Positions 55,301 through 64,000 of a stretch of 64,000 bases of DNA are shown here, piece after piece; within the stretch, counting starts at the first letter, position 1, and the number at the start of each line of letters is the position of its first letter. The notes under the pieces are model-generated. The model was not told where the DNA came from, ran no database searches, and worked only from the letters and a program-made list of their open reading frames with translations. The stretch is from Auanema rhodensis. Taxonomy: Eukaryota > Animalia > Nematoda. The stretch is from positions 1,364,001 through 1,428,000 of the forward strand of contig OZ059894.1 of assembly GCA_964057225.1 (NCBI GenBank), given 5' to 3'. A program made the translations under genes and the position numbers.

Positions 55301-57900
55301 TTAATACAAAAATTAGTTATGATCGTTTGAAAAATGATGCATTAGTGTATGTTGAGTTTCCATGTACACTCAACATAGCTTCCAAAAACATTTTGACAAA
55401 AATTTTTTCGAAAAATTTCAGAATAATTTAGCAAAAAGTAGATGTTTTTAGATTTCTTTTCTCAAGGCAAAGACGATGGACAATGTTATTCAACGAAAAA
55501 ATTAATTCTTCAGGGTGAAAATCGAGGATATAAGTGTGAACTTATATCAGTTGATATCTCGGTGCATTTTTAAGCTAGCGCAAATCTGATAACACAGATC
55601 GACGCAGCTTGAAAATCCGCATCGAATGCATTATACTACTTTGAGAAACGCTTAATACAAAAATTAGTTATGATCGTTTGAAAAATGATGCATTAGTGTA
55701 TGTTGAGTTTCCATGTACACTCAACATAGCTTCCAAAAACATTTTGACAAAAATTTTTTCGAAAAATTTCAAAATAATTTAGCAGAAAGTAGATGTTTTT
55801 AGATTCCTTTTTTTAAGGCAAAGACGATGGACAATGTTATTCAACGAAAAAATTAATTCTTCAGGGTGAAAATCGAGGATATAAGTGTGAACTTATATCA
55901 GTTGATATCTCGTTGCATTTTTAAGCTAGCGCAAATCTGATAACACAGATCGACGCAGCTTGAAGATACGCATCGAATGCACTATACTACTTTGAGAAAC
56001 GCTTAATACAAAAATTAGTTATGATCGTTTGAAAAATGATGCATTAGTGTATGTTGAGTTTTCATGTACACTCAACATAGCTTCCAAAAACATTTTGACA
56101 AAAATTTTTTCGAAAAATTTCAGAATAATTTAGCAAAAAGTAGATGTTTTTAGATTTCTTTTCTCAAGGCAAAGACGATGGACAATGTTATTCAACGAAA
56201 AAATTAATTCTTCAGGGTGAAAATCGAGGATATAAGTGTGAACTTATATCAGTTGATATCTCGGTGCATTTTTAAGCTAGCGCAAATCTGATAACACAGA
56301 TCGACGCAGCTTGAAAATCCGCATCGAATGCACTATACTACTTTGAGAAACGCTTAATACAAAAATTAGTTATGATCGTTTGAAAAATGATGCATTAGTG
56401 TATGTTGAGTTTCTATGTACACTCAACATTGCTTCCAAAAAAATTTTGACAAAAATTTTTTCGAAAAATTTCAAATTAATTTAGCAGAAAGTATATGTTT
56501 TTAGATTTCTTTTTTCAAGGCAAAGACGATGGACAATGTTATTCAACGAAAAAATTAATTCTTCAGGGTGAAAATCGAGGATATAAGTGTGAATTTATAT
56601 CAGTTGATATCTCGGTGCATTTTTAAGCTAGCGCAAATCTGATAACACAGATCGACGCAGCTTGAAAATCCGCATTGAATGCACTATACTACATTGAGGA
56701 ACGCTTAATACAAAAATTAGTTATGATCGTTTGAAAAATGATGCATTAGTGTATGTTGAGTTTCCATGTACACTCAACATAGCTTCCAAAAACATTTTGA
56801 CAAAAATTTTTTCGAAAAATTTCAAAATAATTTAGCAGAAAGTAGATGTTTTTAGATTCCTTTTTTTAAGGCAAAGACGATGGACAATGTTATTCAACGA
56901 AAAAATTAATTCTTCAGGGTGAAAATCGAGAATATAAGTGTGAACTTATATCAGTTGATATCTCGGTGCATTTTTAAGCTAGCGCAAATCTGATAACACA
57001 GATCGACGCAGCTTGAAAATCCGCATCGAATGCACTATACTACATTGAGGAACGCTTAATACAAAAATTAGTTATGATTGTTTGAAAAATGATGCATTAG
57101 TGTATGTTGAGTTTCCATGTACACTCAACATAGCTTCCAAAAACATTTTGACAAAAATTTTTTCGAAAAATTTCAAAATAATTTAGCAGAAAGTAGATGT
57201 TTTTAGATTCCTTTTTTTAAGGCAAAGACGATGGACAATGTTATTCAACGAAAAAATTAATTCTTCAGGGTGAAAATCGAGGATATAAGTGTGAACTTAT
57301 ATCAGTTGATATCTCGGTGCATTTTTAAGCTAGCGCAAATCTGATAACACAGATCGACGCAGCTTGAAAATCCGCATCGAATGCACTATACTACTTTGAG
57401 AAACGCTTAATACAAAAATTAGTTATGATCGTTTGAAAAATGATGCATTAGTGTATGTTGAGTTTCCATGTACACTCAACATAGCTTCCAAAAACATTTT
57501 GACAAAATTTTTTTCGAAAAATTTCAAAATAATTTAGCAGAAAGTAGATGTTTTTAGATTCCTTTTTTTGAGGCAAAGACGACGGACAATGTTATTCAAC
57601 GAAAAAATTAATTCTTCAGGGTGAAAATCGAGGATATAAGTGTGAATTTATATCAGTTGATATCTCGGTGCATTTTTAAGCTAGCGCAAATCTGATAACA
57701 CAGATCGACGCAGCTTAAAAATCCGCATCGAATGCACTATACTACATTGAGGAACGCTTAATACAAAAATTAGTTATGATCGTTTGAAAAATGATGCATT
57801 AGTGTATGTTGAGTTTCCATGTACACTCAACATAGCTTCCAAAAACATTTTGACAAAAATTTTTTCGAAAAATTTCAGAATAATTTAGCAAAAAGTAGAT
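51949..57900. repeat. 9-monomer (3159-bp) tandem duplication
   Basis: GAAGATACG at 52104/55263 and 52806/55965, GCATTAT at 52472/55631, ATGATTG at 53920/57079, TGAGGC..GACGG at 54411/57570. Confidence 0.9.
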
Positions 57901-60900
57901 GTTTTTAGATTTCTTTTCTCAAGGCAAAGACGATGGACAATGTTATTCAACGAAAAAATTAATTCTTCAGGGTGAAAATCGAGGATATAAGTGTGAACTT
58001 ATATCAGTTGATATCTCGGTGTATTTTTAAGCTAGCGCAAATCTGATAACACAGATCGACGCAGCTTGAAAATCCGCATCGAATGCACTATACTACTTTG
58101 AGAAACGCTTAATACAAAAATTAGTTATGATCGTTTGAAAAATGATGCATTAGTGTATGTTGAGTTTCCATGTACACTCAACATTGCTTCCAAAAACATT
58201 TTGACAAAAATTTTTTCGAAAAATTTCAAATTAATTTAGCAGAAAGTATATGTTTTTAGATTCCTTTTTTCAAGGCAAAGACGATGGACAATGTTATTCA
58301 ACGAAAAAATTAATTCTTCAGGGTGAAAATCGAGGATATAAGTGTGAATTTATATCAGTTGATATCTCGGTGCATTTTTAAGCTAGCGCAAATCTGATAA
58401 CACAGATCGACGCAGCTTAAAAATCCGCATCGAATGCACTATACTACATTGAGGAACGCTTAATACAAAAATTAGTTATGATCGTTTGAAAAATGATGCA
58501 TTAGTGTATGTTGAGTTTCCATGTACACTCAACATAGCTTCCAAAAACATTTTGACAAAAATTTTTTCGAAAAATTTCAGAATAATTTAGCAAAAAGTAG
58601 ATGTTTTTAGATTTCTTTTCTCAAGGCAAAGACGATGGACAATGTTATTCAACGAAAAAATTAATTCTTCAGGGTGAAAATCGAGGATATAAGTGTGAAC
58701 TTATATCAGTTGATATCTCGGTGCATTTTTAAGCTAGCGCAAATCTGATAACACAGATCGACGCAGCTTGAAAATCCGCATCGAATGCACTATACTACTT
58801 TGAGAAACGCTTAATACAAAAATCAGTTATGATCGTTTGAAAAATGATGCATTAGTGTATGTTGAGTTTCCATGTACACTCAACATTGCTTCCAAAAACA
58901 TTTTGACAAAAATTTTTTCGAAAAATTTCAAAATAATTTAGCAAAAAGTAGATGTTTTTAGATTCCTTTTTTCAAGGCGAAGACGATGGACATTGTTATT
59001 CAACGAAAAAATTAATTCTTCAGGGTGAAAATCGAGGATATAAGTGTGAACTTATATCAGTTGATATCTCGGTGCATTTTTAAGCTAGCGCAAATCTGAT
59101 AACACAGATCGACGCAGCTTGAAAATCCGCATCGAATGCACTATACTACTTTGAGAAACGCTTAATACAAAAATTAGTTATGATCGTTTGAAAAATGATG
59201 CATTAGTGTATGTTGAGTTTCCATGTACACTCAACATAGCTTCCAAAAACATTTTGACAAAATTTTTTTCGAAAAATTTCAAAATAATTTAGCAGAAAGT
59301 AGATGTTTTTAGATTCCTTTTTTTGAGGCAAAGACGACGGACAATGTTATTCAACGAAAAAATTAATTCTTCAGGGTGAAAATCGAGGATATAAGTGTGA
59401 ATTTATATCAGTTGATATCTCGGTGCATTTTTAAGCTAGCGCAAATCTGATAACACAGATCGACGCAGCTTAAAAATCCGCATCGAATGCACTATACTAC
59501 ATTTAGGAACGCTTAATACAAAAATTAGTTATGATCGTTTGAAAAATGATGCATTAGTGTATGTTGAGTTTCCATGTACACTCAACATAGCTTCCAAAAA
59601 CATTTTGACAAAAATTTTTTCGAAAAATTTCAGAATAATTTAGCAAAAAGTAGATGTTTTTAGATTTCTTTTCTCAAGGCAAAGACGATGGACAATGTTA
59701 TTCAACGAAAAAATTAATTCTTCAGGGTGAAAATCGAGGATATAAGTGTGAACTTATATCAGTTGATATCTCGGTGTATTTTTAAGCTAGCGCAAATCTG
59801 ATAACACAGATCGACGCAGCTTGAAAATCCGCATCGAATGCACTATACTACTTTGAGAAACGCTTAATACAAAAATTAGTTATGATCGTTTGAAAAATGA
59901 TGCATTAGTGTATGTTGAGTTTCCATGTACACTCAACATTGCTTCCAAAAACATTTTGACAAAAATTTTTTCGAAAAATTTCAAATTAATTTAGCAGAAA
60001 GTATATGTTTTTAGATTCCTTTTTTCAAGGCAAAGACGATGGACAATGTTATTCAACGAAAAAATTAATTCTTCAGGGTGAAAATCGAGGATATAAGTGT
60101 GAATTTATATCAGTTGATATCTCGGTGCATTTTTAAGCTAGCGCAAATCTGATAACACAGATCGACGCAGCTTAAAAATCCGCATCGAATGCACTATACT
60201 ACATTGAGGAACGCTTAATACAAAAATTAGTTATGATCGTTTGAAAAATGATGCATTAGTGTATGTTGAGTTTCCATGTACACTCAACATAGCTTCCAAA
60301 AACATTTTGACAAAAATTTTTTCGAAAAATTTCAGAATAATTTAGCAAAAAGTAGATGTTTTTAGATTTCTTTTCTCAAGGCAAAGACGATGGACAATGT
60401 TATTCAACGAAAAAATTAATTCTTCAGGGTGAAAATCGAGGATATAAGTGTGAACTTATATCAGTTGATATCTCGGTGCATTTTTAAGCTAGCGCAAATC
60501 TGATAACACAGATCGACGCAGCTTGAAAATCCGCATCGAATGCACTATACTACTTTGAGAAACGCTTAATACAAAAATCAGTTATGATCGTTTGAAAAAT
60601 GATGCATTAGTGTATGTTGAGTTTCCATGTACACTCAACATTGCTTCCAAAAACATTTTGACAAAAATTTTTTCGAAAAATTTCAAAATAATTTAGCAAA
60701 AAGTAGATGTTTTTAGATTCCTTTTTTCAAGGCGAAGACGATGGACATTGTTATTCAACGAAAAAATTAATTCTTCAGGGTGAAAATCGAGGATATAAGT
60801 GTGAACTTATATCAGTTGATATCTCGGTGCATTTTTAAGCTAGCGCAAATCTGATAACACAGATCGACGCAGCTTGAAAATCCGCATCGAATGCACTATA
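57300..60900. repeat. 5-monomer (1755-bp) tandem duplication
   Basis: TGAGGC..GACGG at 57570/59325, GGTGTATT at 58022/59777, GGCGAAG at 58979/60734. Confidence 0.88.
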
Positions 60901-61074
60901 CTACATTGAGAAACGCTTAATACAAAAATTAGTTATGATCGTTTGAAAAATGATGCATTAGTGTATGTTGAGTTTCCATGTACACTCAACATAGCTTCCA
61001 AAAACATTTTGACAAAAATTTTTTCGAAAAATTTCAAAATAATTTAGCAGAAAGTAGATGTTTTTAGATTCCTT

Positions 61075-63530
61075 TTTTTAAGGCAAAGACGATGGACAAT
61101 GTTATTCAACGAAAAAATTAATTCTTCAGGGTGAAAATCGAGGATATAAGTGTGAACTTATATCAGTTGATATCTCGTTGCATTTTTAAGCTAGCGCAAA
61201 TCTGATAACACAGATCGACGCAGCTTGAAAATACGCATCGAATGCACTATACTACTTTGAGAAACGCTTAATACAAAAATTAGTTATGATCGTTTGAAAA
61301 ATGATGCATTAGTGTATGTTGAGTTTCCATGTACACTCAACATAGCTTCCAAAAACATTTTGACAAAAATTTTTTCGAAAAATTTCAGAATAATTTAGCA
61401 AAAAGTAGATGTTTTTAGATTTCTTTTCTCAAGGCAAAGACGATGGACAATGTTATTCAACGAAAAAATTAATTCTTCAGGGTGAAAATCGAGGATATAA
61501 GTGTGAACTTATATCAGTTGATATCTCGGTGCATTTTTAAGCTAGCGCAAATCTGATAACACAGATCGACGCAGCTTGAAAATCCGCATCGAATGCACTA
61601 TACTACTTTGAGAAACGCTTAATACAAAAATTAGTTATGATCGTTTGAAAAATGATGCATTAGTGTATGTTGAGTTTCCATGTACACTCAACATTGCTTC
61701 CAAAAAAATTTTGACAAAAATTTTTTCGAAAAATTTCAAATTAATTTAGCAGAAAGTATATGTTTTTAGATTTCTTTTTTCAAGGCAAAGACGATGGACA
61801 ATGTTATTCAACGAAAAAATTAATTCTTCAGGGTGAAAATCGAGGATATAAGTGTGAATTTATATCAGTTGATATCTCGGTGCATTTTTAAGCTAGCGCA
61901 AATCTGATAACACAGATCGACGCAGCTTGAAAATCCGCATTGAATGCACTATACTACATTGAGGAACGCTTAATACAAAAATTAGTTATGATCGTTTGAA
62001 AAATGATGCATTAGTGTATGTTGAGTTTCCATGTACACTCAACATAGCTTCCAAAAACATTTTGACAAAAATTTTTTCGAAAAATTTCAAAATAATTTAG
62101 CAGAAAGTAGATGTTTTTAGATTCCTTTTTTTAAGGCAAAGACGATGGACAATGTTATTCAACGAAAAAATTAATTCTTCAGGGTGAAAATCGAGGATAT
62201 AAGTGTGAACTTATATCAGTTGATATCTCGGTGCATTTTTAAGCTAGCGCAAATCTGATAACACAGATCGACGCAGCTTGAAAATCCGCATCGAATGCAC
62301 TATACTACTTTGAGAAACGCTTAATACAAAAATTAGTTATGATCGTTTGAAAAATGATGCATTAGTGTATGTTGAGTTTCCATGTACACTCAACATAGCT
62401 TCCAAAAACATTTTGACAAAATTTTTTTCAAAAAATTTCAAAATAATTTAGCAGAAAGTAGATGTTTTTAGATTCCTTTTTTTAAGGCAAAGACGATGGA
62501 CAATGTTATTCAACGAAAAAATTAATTCTTCAGGGTGAAAATCGAGGATATAAGTGTGAACTTATATCAGTTGATATCTCGTTGCATTTTTAAGCTAGCG
62601 CAAATCTGATAACACAGATCGACGCAGCTTGAAGATACGCATCGAATGCACTATACTACTTTGAGAAACGCTTAATACAAAAATTAGTTATGATCGTTTG
62701 AAAAATGATGCATTAGTGTATGTTGAGTTTCCATGTACACTCAACATAGCTTCCAAAAACATTTTGACAAAAATTTTTTCGAAAAATTTCAGAATAATTT
62801 AGCAAAAAGTAGATGTTTTTAGATTTCTTTTCTCAAGGCAAAGACGATGGACAATGTTATTCAACGAAAAAATTAATTCTTCAGGGTGAAAATCGAGGAT
62901 ATAAGTGTGAACTTATATCAGTTGATATCTCGGTGCATTTTTAAGCTAGCGCAAATCTGATAACACAGATCGACGCAGCTTGAAAATCCGCATCGAATGC
63001 ACTATACTACTTTGAGAAACGCTTAATACAAAAATTAGTTATGATCGTTTGAAAAATGATGCATTAGTGTATGTTGAGTTTCCATGTACACTCAACATTG
63101 CTTCCAAAAAAATTTTGACAAAAATTTTTTCGAAAAATTTCAAATTAATTTAGCAGAAAGTATATGTTTTTAGATTTCTTTTTTCAAGGCAAAGACGATG
63201 GACAATGTTATTCAACGAAAAAATTAATTCTTCAGGGTGAAAATCGAGGATATAAGTGTGAATTTATATCAGTTGATATCTCGGTGCATTTTTAAGCTAG
63301 CGCAAATCTGATAACACAGATCGACGCAGCTTGAAAATCCGCATTGAATGCACTATACTACATTGAGGAACGCTTAATACAAAAATTAGTTATGATCGTT
63401 TGAAAAATGATGCATTAGTGTATGTTGAGTTTCCATGTACACTCAACATAGCTTCCAAAAACATTTTGACAAAAATTTTTTCGAAAAATTTCAAAATAAT
63501 TTAGCAGAAAGTAGATGTTTTTAGATTCCT
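61075..63530. repeat. 4-monomer (1404-bp) duplication
   Basis: CTCGTTG at 61178/62582, CCAAAAAAATT at about 61707/63111, GCATTGAA at 61941/63345. Confidence 0.8.
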
Positions 63531-64000
63531 TTTTTTAAGGCAAAGACGATGGACAATGTTATTCAACGAAAAAATTAATTCTTCAGGGTGAAAATCGAGG
63601 ATATAAGTGTGAACTTATATCAGTTGATATCTCGTTGCATTTTTAAGCTAGCGCAAATCTGATAACACAGATCGACGCAGCTTGAAAATACGCATCGAAT
63701 GCACTATACTACTTTGAGAAACGCTTAATACAAAAATTAGTTATGATCGTTTGAAAAATGATGCATTAGTGTATGTTGAGTTTCCATGTACACTCAACAT
63801 AGCTTCCAAAAACATTTTGACAAAAATTTTTTCGAAAAATTTCAGAATAATTTAGCAAAAAGTAGATGTTTTTAGATTTCTTTTCTCAAGGCAAAGACGA
63901 TGGACAATGTTATTCAACGAAAAAATTAATTCTTCAGGGTGAAAATCGAGGATATAAGTGTGAACTTATATCAGTTGATATCTCGGTGCATTTTTAAGCT

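Larger units (their letters stand above)
1..64000. repeat. Tandem satellite DNA array, 351-bp monomer, about 182 copies, head-to-tail, single orientation, truncated by both window edges
   Basis: The motif TT(T/C)T(C/T)AAGGCAAAGACGATGG recurs every 351 bp (1, 352, 3511, 7021). The phase is +1 between about 7577 and 50395 (10181, 20009, 27731, 38261, 48791) and returns to the original phase at 52651 and 63181 (=1+180x351). No non-repeat sequence was seen. Confidence 0.99.

Noticed and set aside
1-64000. CRISPR array or array of hairpin recombination sites with variable cassettes
   Set aside because: The sequence between palindromes is as invariant as the palindromes; there are no unique spacers, cassettes or associated genes.
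1-64000. Assignment to a named satellite family of similar length (e.g. Drosophila 1.688 or beetle 350-360-bp satellites)
   Set aside because: Only the length is similar. I do not recognise the sequence and cannot run a database search.
1-64000. Technical concatemer (rolling-circle amplification artefact or collapsed assembly)
   Set aside because: Monomers carry position-structured, hierarchically shared SNP haplotypes rather than identical copies or random errors, as expected of a genuine evolving array.

Overview
The whole 64-kb window is one uninterrupted head-to-tail tandem array (satellite DNA) of a 351-bp AT-rich monomer (about 32% GC by my count of the first unit). It holds about 182.3 copies, all in the same orientation, and runs off both window edges. 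I found no gene, RNA gene, CRISPR array, transposon insertion or inversion. The single ORF in the track comes from one TAG>AAG substitution in one monomer. Neighbouring monomers differ by only a few substitutions. I saw only two indels (+1 at about 7572-7577 and -1 at about 50395-50398), both in the same A5 tract. Shared SNPs divide the array into about four regional variant domains and reveal nested local duplications or higher-order repeats of 2, 3, 4, 5, 6, 9, 10 and 17/18 monomers. The monomer itself is dense in dyad symmetry: two perfect stem-loops, a 67-nt imperfect hairpin, an A/T-tract palindrome, and a degenerate palindrome of about 125 bp whose patches share one axis. The architecture fits eukaryotic centromeric, pericentromeric or heterochromatic satellite DNA (inference). 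I cannot identify the organism or the satellite family from the sequence alone, and the sequence shows no direct evidence of a novel protein-coding system. All variant positions were read by eye.
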